Assembly: GCA_902771695.1 (NCBI GenBank)
Contig: CACXXP010000005.1
Coordinates: 16,944 to 80,943 of the forward strand
Source: an uncultured Pseudomonadota bacterium
Lineage (GTDB): Bacteria > Pseudomonadota > Alphaproteobacteria > Rs-D84
Direction of reading: 5' to 3'
Length of the DNA: 64,000 bases
Position 1 is the first letter of the stretch, and every line of letters begins with the position of its first letter. The notes under the pieces were generated by a model. It saw only the letters and a program-made list of their open reading frames with translations, was not told the DNA's origin and ran no database searches. The position numbers and the translations under genes were made by a program. This document shows positions 28,701 to 36,185 of the stretch, in pieces.

Positions 28701-29154
28701 TAATCGTCAGTATTGCGATGAATCTAATTGCGCCACAACCGGCCAAGGTGCATGGTGCTATGCGTCGTCAACCGCGAGATCCAAGAGTTGTTTGGCCAGT
28801 GAATCATCCTGTAAGTGTCATGCACTAGATTTGGAACGTTGCACAGGTTCAACGTGTGCAGCGTTGGGTAATAATTATCATTACTGTGCAACTGGAACAA
28901 GTAAGGCAAGTTGCAGCACATCAGGCAGTGGATGTTGCTATACAACCACAACAGTATCACCTGCGTGTAATAATGAAACAATTTGCAGATTGGTTGGTAA
29001 CAGTTGGTGCGCAAGCAGCAGCACATGTTTACCGGCAGGTCAGAATTGTATTAGTGGTGGTGATACACCGATAATGAGTACGAGTCCGCAATGGTCAAGT
29101 GCAATTGAAACGGACGAAAACAGCAGTATAAGTGCTGTTGTTGGGGCAATATAA
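25780..29154 (+). CDS. Large secreted protein, 1124 aa: acidic Tyr/Asp tract, R/S/T/A low-complexity region, Cys-paired helical core, Cys/Thr/Ser-rich tip
   Basis: Long ORF, GGAAG RBS, signal peptide MKRFAMFLGGLLILPAFG. Confidence 0.85.
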   Translation: MKRFAMFLGGLLILPAFGEVAPMFYDEYDMEYVDADYADDAYYDDADVIEEEEFEETDKKSVKTPVKVSRQQVVSRNIANRSTASRVTPSNATSVASGRGKSTGNSSRAVAARTTTAVSPRTNASRTVSSRTATTSATRAAAARATGGATRTATRTGTVASSGVKSSSVARTSTNSSGSRISRAARTQNKVVTLSGNENIVGAQTGLYYNPNEKSESTSLYNSNRASIRTSSTRRSPVLRASSMSGLSTETAAPFAKDTTEMDELAELTDYCKAQYMACMDNYCNVLDENQGRCSCSANLKNYAKSEAALKQATEELQDVAQKIQYIGLSAREVETLFSQTEAELKMQSNVDTSQLKTSLDKVKEMIIDAKSGNVSTSSSGMSFDISGLLDFTIDSTGFDLSSFLGGLAGGNNNVSNQRGEELFKTATTRCKANVLRACTAQGVDASIITNAYDLEIDKECIAYEKSLNESNDQMVATVRNAQGVLQKARLMVAKSKNEYDMRGCINALDACMQDEFVCGSDYENCLDPSGRYIVNGEIVVGSQPGHAIDPELAANVSTVMTSDVCDINLYRTWDFPDSQCAGYDGTYTSAFQQNNAWGSGENDTLAKYIDATVVTGAAKKASINMSEYLQKKIGYVEGDKNFGMCVGVLNKCQDYTYTGKGTNVKYNQENEVVKQYLSRVLVQIKAKQDQVLSEYAESCITDVSSCLAQNGYPTEEPQDEYGTEQWTGTEQTQANIAINACRATIVTCMSVNGYSISTPTPSEMNCWVMGLQFNTATSECATNGSGITPTPTPGGNGGGTEYTVSFSCGQGTGSVSSQTTTNGSVTLPKFGCTTPANCTFVGWDCPGSSNYLPYSTSYSPSSDAQCVAHYNCGGSTTTSYTITYKCGSGATGSDWTKQVTGTSSSVSVTWDSASSVNSHCSYTNYTASNWNCAREGYTSGTDQNFGQSTTIRSNVTCTVVWTPNAGNTECSPSNRQYCDESNCATTGQGAWCYASSTARSKSCLASESSCKCHALDLERCTGSTCAALGNNYHYCATGTSKASCSTSGSGCCYTTTTVSPACNNETICRLVGNSWCASSSTCLPAGQNCISGGDTPIMSTSPQWSSAIETDENSSISAVVGAI

Positions 29155-29176
29155 GTTAAATAATGGGGACATCGTG

Positions 29177-32100
29177 ATGAGAAAAACATTCCTTTATTCG
29201 CTTTGTGGATGCTTTATGACCAGTGCGGCCGTGGCGTTCACTTTTTACGTTGACTTGAATCCAAACAGCGATTGTCCCGATGGTTATTCTTTTTGTATGA
29301 CACGTCCCCAGGATGGTTACTGTTGTCCATCAGATATGGTTTTGCGTGGGGTTACATCCAGTGGTTATACCTCTTCTAAGGTTGTGGCAGGTTTTGTTGT
29401 ACAAGATGGTGCTGGCAATCAAGCTACATTGTTTAATGCGGATGGCAGTGCACGCAGCAACAAGGGATTTACCACAGAAGAAATTCAGATAATTAATAAT
29501 GCATCCATGGAAACAGGAACAGCTTCAAATATCGGTTTGGGCAGGAAAGAATACGATAATACGGGTAATATTACATATATTGTACTTGGTGACGGTGATG
29601 AAATAACAGAAACGGGGCAACAACCACGCAGTCCATCGTGTGAACGTGTGCATATGAATTTGTACACTTGCAATACGTATACATACAATTCAAACGGTGG
29701 TGGAACCACATGCACCGGTAAACAAAAGGTTGGTGAAATATATTACAAAAAAGATGCGGGGTATTTTACCAATCCAAATTACAGTTCATCATCACGTCTG
29801 AAAGATGAAAATATGACCAGTGGTACCACATTATCGGTGCCCACGCGCAGTGGTTATACTTTCCGTGGATATTTCACATCTGTGTGGACGGATGCCGTTG
29901 GCGGTTCTTCGTCATTGACGGATTCTTCGTCATATATAAACAATTTAAGTCCATATCGCACGATTGGAAACGCGTACATCCCGTGGAAAGAAAATTTGGT
30001 CAATGGAAATACGGCGGGTAATGAATTATTCCTGCGTGCACCCAATTGGGTGGTATCAGGTCCCGGTGTTTCATGTCCATCGGCCGGTTACCAGATTGAT
30101 TTATATGCCGGTTGGGCAGAAAATTGTGAAGATAGTTCTTATTGTAAAATGACGATTACCGGTAAAAATGGTAAAGACATGAACCATATGGTAATGGCAA
30201 CAAATAACACATCTATTACGGGGCAATGGTTGCCGGGTGCGGTGGAATATGAACGTGCACAAACATGTAAAACTGGTACGCCAATCGGTACTGAATACGT
30301 GACGAAAAAATATGGTTCACAAAGTTTAACTTTTGCATTGGGAACATCTGGGTTGGGGTGCGAAGACAAGGGTGGTAACGGTGCCGGCGCATCGCAAATA
30401 ACAATAAATTACTATGATGCCAGTGGTAATAAAAAAGGATATACATCTTGTAATATCGGCGAAACCGTAACATTGAATGGTGCAACTACGTTAACCAATG
30501 TTACGGCATTTAAATTCAAAGGTGTCGCATCGGGTGGAACCACATTTAACCGTGGCGAAACATATTCTTGTAATGTCACGCGCGTATTTACGCAATACAC
30601 AACCAGTGGTGATAACTATATCGTCAATTTGGAACCGGCCACAACAGGTGGTAATGGCGGTGATTCCGATGGTAAAATTAACGTGACGATAAATTTGGGT
30701 GGTGGTGAAATAGACGGCGAAGGCAGTGTCAGCGGAAAATATAACGAAGGCACAAATGTGAGTGTTGGGAATTTGGGCGACATAACCCGTGGTGACGGTG
30801 CGATAGCGACGGGATTAAAGGGGGCTGGGGAATCCAGTTCTGATGCCCGAGATACCGTGACGGTTTCTGATAATGGTGGCGGTTCCGCTGAATACGAGGT
30901 TGTATGGTCATGCCCAGATGGTATGGTGATGAATCCCCAGGGTGTCTGTGTTGATCCCGATGGTGATTATATTGACCGTGGCGGAAATTCTGTTCCACCA
31001 TCACAATTAACATGCTGGCGTGATGAAAATGGTGATGGCATACATGATACAAATTATTGCTATTGGCATGTGAATATTACATTCCATGGTAAACCAGCAG
31101 GTTCAAATTTGAATGTGACAGATCCAAACGAAGGTAAAACATTGAATTGTTATGGTGGCCAGGGATGTCACACAACGAGTACGGACAGATTTTGTGCAAG
31201 TTATCTTGCAGCCCCGGCGGCTCCGAATACATGTGCTACGATGCACATGCCTACGGCCACGGGGTATAAATTCCGTGGATATTATCGGACACCATTACCA
31301 ACGGATATCATAACACAAACCAGTACAACAAACGGTGGGGCGTATAATAATTTCTTCCCGAAAAGTACCGCAACAAATGCGACAACTATGTCCATTACCG
31401 GACATGCGATTGTCGTGATGAGTGATACACCTGTTGCGACCAATGCGTCCATAAACATTGATGTATATGCCGGTTGGGCACGTGAATGCGATACCAGTGA
31501 CCCGAATGCAATCTGTGATTTAAAACAGGGTATCTGGTGGAATACTCGTGATAATTTGGGCAAGGGGGATGTCCGTTATGATACAGGTTGTACCGATGGA
31601 TATGTTTTAAGATCGGGCGGTGGCACATATAAACCGATTTGTGAAACAGAAAAGGGCGGCGATGGAAATATTGCATACGTATTCAAAGACCAATGGGGTA
31701 ATACGGTGTCTTGTAATGGGCCGGCCGCAAATTGCACATTGGGTGATACTTTCAGGTTGACCGATACATCTGCGGTTCAACAGGCATGTGGTAGTAATTA
31801 TAAACTGAAATACCTGATTACCACCGGGGCATCGGGCGATTGGTGGAAACCAGGTAAGAGTGGTATGTCGTGCAGTACGAATTTATTGGGGTCGGGTAAT
31901 CCACGAACCATCATCGGAACGGTGTGCAATAATTTTTGCACAATTGGGCAACATTATGACAATTTACATGCAACTTGTGTTGGCCTTACGACCCAGGGAG
32001 ACACCCCGACCAGTTTGGGCGTGACGATGCCACGGACCACAACCTATAATGGCACAAATTATTGGGTTGTTAATGGCAGTGATATGGTCCAAAACCTGTG

Positions 32101-33013
32101 GGGAACATGTTCTGGTAATTCTTGCACCGCGGATTGTCCAACGTTACAATGCGATGATGGTTATGGTTTGGTTGTTGACAGCACGGGTCCACATTGTGTT
32201 GTTAAAACTGGTGGTGGCGATGCCCCAAGTTACACTTGTCCAAGTTTAAGTGAATTGGGAATAAACCTGCCGGGTGTAACGGTTAATGTGACAAAATCCG
32301 GGGCGGATGCATGTACGTATACTCTGTCTTGTTCTGGTGACCATATGACGGTGGTTGGTAACAGTTCTGTGACATGTTATGGTTCAAACGGAACACACGG
32401 TTGTACGTATGCATGGTTGTCCAGCCAGATTGGCAGTTCACAATGCCAATTCCAATGCCCATCCCCCGCAGGCAGTGCGGCGCACACATCAGTCAGTCGT
32501 GCACATGCCTATGGCGAAGGAACAAGTGGTAAAAAATGCGATTACAAGGTTGTTTGCAACACTGATTGCCCGGCAAGCAACGGTTGGCAGATGACATATG
32601 ATGGCATCCTGTTCGGGTTTGGTGGATATGCAACAAGTGGTGATGATTGGACACCTGTAATAGTGTCATGTGAAGGTAATGATTGTTATAACAATATGCC
32701 GGGGTATACGAACATGATTAACCCGAATATGAACGGTGTTATGCTTAGCAAGTTTGCATGTCTGCAAAGACCATCATTTACGAAATGTCCGGCGGTTCGT
32801 TGGTTGAATATGACCAATTTGGCAAATGTGACAATTGGTAATCCGGCATTATCTGGAACAACATGTTCATATGATATGGGATGCAGTTCTGGTACATTAA
32901 CTGGTTCTGGGTCGGATCCACTTACATGTACTGGTGATGCATGCACGGTCAAGGCCATTAACAACAGATTGACCACAACGAACTACTCTTGTTCAATCAG
33001 TGGCGGCAACTGA
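29177..33013 (+). CDS. Large secreted Cys/Gly/Thr-rich surface protein with InlB B-repeat-like motifs and sushi-like modules; N-terminal part of an interrupted gene
   Basis: GGGGA RBS, signal peptide MRKTFLYSLCGCFMTSAAVA; PTRSGYTFRGY..LYAGW and PTATGYKFRGY..VYAGW; ends at TGA 33011-33013. Confidence 0.8.
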   Translation: MRKTFLYSLCGCFMTSAAVAFTFYVDLNPNSDCPDGYSFCMTRPQDGYCCPSDMVLRGVTSSGYTSSKVVAGFVVQDGAGNQATLFNADGSARSNKGFTTEEIQIINNASMETGTASNIGLGRKEYDNTGNITYIVLGDGDEITETGQQPRSPSCERVHMNLYTCNTYTYNSNGGGTTCTGKQKVGEIYYKKDAGYFTNPNYSSSSRLKDENMTSGTTLSVPTRSGYTFRGYFTSVWTDAVGGSSSLTDSSSYINNLSPYRTIGNAYIPWKENLVNGNTAGNELFLRAPNWVVSGPGVSCPSAGYQIDLYAGWAENCEDSSYCKMTITGKNGKDMNHMVMATNNTSITGQWLPGAVEYERAQTCKTGTPIGTEYVTKKYGSQSLTFALGTSGLGCEDKGGNGAGASQITINYYDASGNKKGYTSCNIGETVTLNGATTLTNVTAFKFKGVASGGTTFNRGETYSCNVTRVFTQYTTSGDNYIVNLEPATTGGNGGDSDGKINVTINLGGGEIDGEGSVSGKYNEGTNVSVGNLGDITRGDGAIATGLKGAGESSSDARDTVTVSDNGGGSAEYEVVWSCPDGMVMNPQGVCVDPDGDYIDRGGNSVPPSQLTCWRDENGDGIHDTNYCYWHVNITFHGKPAGSNLNVTDPNEGKTLNCYGGQGCHTTSTDRFCASYLAAPAAPNTCATMHMPTATGYKFRGYYRTPLPTDIITQTSTTNGGAYNNFFPKSTATNATTMSITGHAIVVMSDTPVATNASINIDVYAGWARECDTSDPNAICDLKQGIWWNTRDNLGKGDVRYDTGCTDGYVLRSGGGTYKPICETEKGGDGNIAYVFKDQWGNTVSCNGPAANCTLGDTFRLTDTSAVQQACGSNYKLKYLITTGASGDWWKPGKSGMSCSTNLLGSGNPRTIIGTVCNNFCTIGQHYDNLHATCVGLTTQGDTPTSLGVTMPRTTTYNGTNYWVVNGSDMVQNLWGTCSGNSCTADCPTLQCDDGYGLVVDSTGPHCVVKTGGGDAPSYTCPSLSELGINLPGVTVNVTKSGADACTYTLSCSGDHMTVVGNSSVTCYGSNGTHGCTYAWLSSQIGSSQCQFQCPSPAGSAAHTSVSRAHAYGEGTSGKKCDYKVVCNTDCPASNGWQMTYDGILFGFGGYATSGDDWTPVIVSCEGNDCYNNMPGYTNMINPNMNGVMLSKFACLQRPSFTKCPAVRWLNMTNLANVTIGNPALSGTTCSYDMGCSSGTLTGSGSDPLTCTGDACTVKAINNRLTTTNYSCSISGGN

Positions 33014-34350
33014 CTGGCGTGCCCCACGGGGGGTGATATTCCAACAATTACGCATGGAAGGGTGACCAAAACCGGTTCAACAACCACATCGTGTTCTTAT
33101 CAGGCAACATGCACGGATACAGGTTATAACTGTGATACAACAACCGGATTGTGCGGAACAAAAACATGCAATTCTGAATCAGGGTGCAATACATTGATGA
33201 ATCAATATCGTAGTGTGTCATCAACATTGTGTAAAACGACAACATCCCAATGTCCAACAACAGGTTGGCAGATGCAGCCAAATGTTAGTTTCAATGGACC
33301 ATCATCGTCAGGTTCAAACTGTACATATACACCAAAGTGCACCAATGGTGGAACATTGTATAATGGTGATGCGGTATCCAATGGCGCCACAATAACTTGC
33401 ACACTTGGGATAACCTGGGAACAATGTTCAGACCTTATTTCTGTCCGGTGTCTGTCACATGTCCACCGGAGGGTACGTTTGGTAATTTGGCAAATGGAAG
33501 GATTGAGGAACCAACAAAACCAAATGTTTCAACATGTCAGTATCAGTTATCGTGTAACACAAATTATACGCTTAATGGATATAATCCAATTGAATGTTCT
33601 GGGGATACTTGTAATACGAATTATCTAAGTTCACAACTTCAGCAACGTTCTTGTCAACAGGATTTCAAATGTCCAGATGCATCGGTTCCAGGTGGATATG
33701 GTAGCATTCTGAACACACAAACTGGTAACAAATGTGATTATACGTTAAAGTGCGATACTGGCTATGCCTATCCGAATGGCACAGCAACACATACCTGTAC
33801 CGGCAGCGCATGCACCACCGGCACCAACAGCGTCACCACATGGGCAAGTGGATTAGAATGTAAAGCCAAAGTCACATGTCCAAGTTCCAAGATAGTAACG
33901 CATGGTCAGATTACAATGGAAAGTATAGAAAATGGAACAGCATGTAATTATACGATAAATTGTAATGCACCAGCATATATATGTAATACGGCTAATTTAG
34001 CAGACCAGTGTACTAATGGATTCAGATGCGAAACAGCCGAAGCGTGTAATACATTCTTGAATATGACCCGTGGTGTTGAGGCGTGTGTATTTGAATGCCC
34101 GTCTAAGGAATATGTGAAAAGCAAAATACCACATTTGGACTATATTGGTAGAGTGACAAGTGGTACACAGCCTAATTGTACATATGGCTATGCAACATGT
34201 GCTAGTTGTTATACCAAGACATCAGGTTCAGCCAGTAGCGTAAAGTGTAACGATGAAGGTGAACAGTGTAATGAAACCGGGGCTAATGCTTGGTATACGG
34301 GCATAGTTTGTGAATGGGTTGGTGGTGATGGTTGTGGGCCTGATCGATAA
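33014..34350 (+). pseudogene. In-frame continuation of the 29177 gene beyond the TGA, with a further -1 frameshift near 33435
   Basis: Same frame resumes as LACPTGG...CSYQATC; the same CP..CxYxxxC module continues in ORFs 33062-33628 and 33397-34350; no RBS or signal peptide of its own. Confidence 0.75.
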
Positions 34351-34352
34351 AC

Positions 34353-34379
34353 AAAAAACGGGGCGTTGCCCCGTTTTTT
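34353..34379. terminator. Bidirectional terminator
   Basis: AAAAAACGGGGC-gtt-GCCCCGTTTTTT. Confidence 0.8.
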
Positions 34380-34396
34380 GTTTATAATTATTAGCA

Positions 34397-34726
34397 CTAA
34401 TGATGCGAAATTAAATGCATTACTATGCCACCAATGGTAAATACCGTAATGCACAGCAAGAATATCTTTTGTGCACGATGATGGTGCGTTTCACCGCAAT
34501 GGTCGCAATTGCATGCATCATGGTTAAAATACATAACCCATGACAAAATCAGCATTAAACCAGAAAATACGAACACCCAAATTTCTGCGCTTTCGGGAAT
34601 AATTTCATGATCGGCAAAATCAGGTGCAACCATGCCGATAATGCCCAATACAACCGGCAATACGCAACAAAACAGGTGCGGCAATATTCCGGCGATAATT
34701 CCAACTTTGACGGCTTTGTTTTTCAT
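34397..34726 (-). CDS. Small 3-TM membrane protein, MerC/MerT-like metal-binding
   Basis: HLFCCVLP in TM1, CNCDHCGETHHH loop, C-terminal HH. Confidence 0.65.
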   Translation of the reverse strand: MKNKAVKVGIIAGILPHLFCCVLPVVLGIIGMVAPDFADHEIIPESAEIWVFVFSGLMLILSWVMYFNHDACNCDHCGETHHHRAQKIFLLCITVFTIGGIVMHLISHH

Positions 34727-34744
34727 ATCTTTTCACTTTATCCT

Positions 34745-34820
34745 TGGTATCCCCAGTTGGAATCGAACCAGCATCTAATTCTTAGGAGGAATTTGTTCTA
34801 TCCAATTGAACTATGGGGAC
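34745..34820 (-). tRNA. trnR: tRNA-Arg (CCT)
   Basis: Minus strand GTCCCCA...TGGGGAT-A-CCA, anticodon loop CT-CCT-AA, GGTTCGATT T-loop. Confidence 0.96.
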
Positions 34821-34853
34821 GTGTGCATTATATTTTAATCACAGATTTTGATA

Positions 34854-34881
34854 TTGCAAGTTATATTAAAACCTGTATAAT
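34854..34881 (+). promoter_or_regulatory. Candidate promoter for fabH-ihfA
   Basis: TTGCAA-16 bp-TATAAT. Confidence 0.55.
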
Positions 34882-34908
34882 ACCAAAACACGAAAAAGAA
34901 TTATAGAA

Positions 34909-35847
34909 ATGGGAAATAAACTTATTGGATATGGATCTTATTTGCCCGCACGTGTTATGACAAATGCGGACTTTGAACGTGCGATGGATACAACAGATGA
35001 ATGGATTGTGTCACGTACCGGTATTAAACAACGACACTTTGCCGCCGCGGATGAAACGGTCGCAGATATGGCAACAAATGCCGCACGTCGTGCATTGGAA
35101 AATGCTAAAATCGGTATAGACGATATTGATATGATTATCGTTGCAACAACCACGCCAGAATTAGATTTTCCATCTGTGGCGGTTCAGGTAATGGGGCGTT
35201 TGGGTGCAACAAAAAATATTCCGGCGTTTGATGTACGTGGTGCATGTACCGGGTTTATATATGCGTTGCATTGTGCACGTGGTTTCTTTACCGCGGGCAT
35301 ACATGAAAGAATAATGATTATTGGTGCCGAAAAAATGTCGCGTTTTGTTGATATGACCGACCGGTCCACGGCGGTTCTGTTTGGCGATGGGGCGGGCGCA
35401 TTGATATTTGAACGTTCTACGTCAAGTTATTCCGGAATAATAGATACGGTTGTCATGTCGGATGGTAAAAAGTTTGATATGCTGCATGGATCCCCAGACC
35501 ATAAAATAATTATGAATGGCCCGGAAACGTATAAAATGGCGGTATCACTGATGCCGGATGCGGCACGTTACATTATGGAACATGCCGGTATTACCCAAGA
35601 TGATATAGATTGGATTATTCCGCACCAGGCAAATATTCGTATTATTCAATCATGCGCGGAACGATTGGGATTCCCGCTGGACAAGATTTTAATCACAGTG
35701 GACCGGCATGCAAATACCAGTGGTGCATCGGGTGCTTTGGCACTTGCATATGCGTTTGATAATGGTATAATCAAACATGGTCAGTTAATTTTATATCCCG
35801 CATTTGGCAGTGGGCTAACATGGGGGGCAACATTAATAAGGGTGTAA
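34909..35847 (+). CDS. fabH: 3-oxoacyl-ACP synthase III
   Basis: SRTGIKQRH, FDVRGACTGF (Cys), LFGDGAGA, IPHQANIRI (His), HANTSGAS (Asn), AFGSGLTWG. Confidence 0.97.
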   Translation: MGNKLIGYGSYLPARVMTNADFERAMDTTDEWIVSRTGIKQRHFAAADETVADMATNAARRALENAKIGIDDIDMIIVATTTPELDFPSVAVQVMGRLGATKNIPAFDVRGACTGFIYALHCARGFFTAGIHERIMIIGAEKMSRFVDMTDRSTAVLFGDGAGALIFERSTSSYSGIIDTVVMSDGKKFDMLHGSPDHKIIMNGPETYKMAVSLMPDAARYIMEHAGITQDDIDWIIPHQANIRIIQSCAERLGFPLDKILITVDRHANTSGASGALALAYAFDNGIIKHGQLILYPAFGSGLTWGATLIRV

Positions 35848-35850
35848 GAA

Positions 35851-36141
35851 ATGGCAACGATAACAAGAAATGATTTGGCATTAAAATTGCGTGATAAATT
35901 CGGTTTTACGGCGGCACAGTCGGGGAAACTGATAGATTTAATCTTTGACGAAATCTGTGAATCATTGACCAATGGCGAAGAAGTAAAGTTTGCCGGATTT
36001 GGAACATTCAAGATTTTAGATAAATCTGCACGTATCGGGCGTAACCCCAAGACAGGTGAAACCGCAATCGTTTCTGCGCGTCGTGTGACATCTTTCCGGC
36101 CGTGTAATGAATTTCGCGAACGTGTATCCAAAAATAAGTAA
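35851..36141 (+). CDS. ihfA: Integration host factor alpha / HU-family DNA-binding protein
   Basis: VKFAGFGTF, RIGRNPKTGE, VTSFRP; follows fabH as in the alphaproteobacterial plsX-fabH-ihfA cluster. Confidence 0.85.
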   Translation: MATITRNDLALKLRDKFGFTAAQSGKLIDLIFDEICESLTNGEEVKFAGFGTFKILDKSARIGRNPKTGETAIVSARRVTSFRPCNEFRERVSKNK

Positions 36142-36153
36142 TAGTGATTATGT

Positions 36154-36183
36154 AAAAAACGGTTGCGATGGCAACCGTTTTTT
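36154..36183. terminator. Bidirectional terminator
   Basis: AAAAAACGGTTGC-gatg-GCAACCGTTTTTT. Confidence 0.8.
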
Positions 36184-36185
36184 AT

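Noticed and set aside
33011-33013. UGA reassigned to Trp or Gly (alternative genetic code)
   Set aside because: TGA acts as a stop elsewhere (ATGA overlap at 53242-53245), Trp is encoded by TGG in core genes, and tRNA-Trp has a CCA anticodon
33011-33040. Selenocysteine insertion with a downstream SECIS-like hairpin
   Set aside because: The TGA is in an inter-module linker, not at a conserved Cys position; the hairpin is only about 6 bp; no sel genes in the window
33420-33445. Programmed -1 ribosomal frameshift
   Set aside because: No X-XXY-YYZ slippery heptamer or obvious stimulator; a single-base deletion explains it more simply
25780-34350. Diversity-generating retroelement acting on the variable C-termini
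   Set aside because: No reverse transcriptase, and no template/variable repeat pair differing at adenines was seen
34745-34820. tRNA-Arg or tRNA-Thr (52103-52178) as integration site of a prophage or ICE
   Set aside because: No duplicated tRNA 3' end found by eye, and no integrase or phage genes in the window
34821-34881. Palindromic TTGCAA serving as a shared -35 for divergent fabH and tRNA-Arg promoters
   Set aside because: The minus-strand -10 is weak or wrongly spaced, and a 6-bp palindrome is likely by chance
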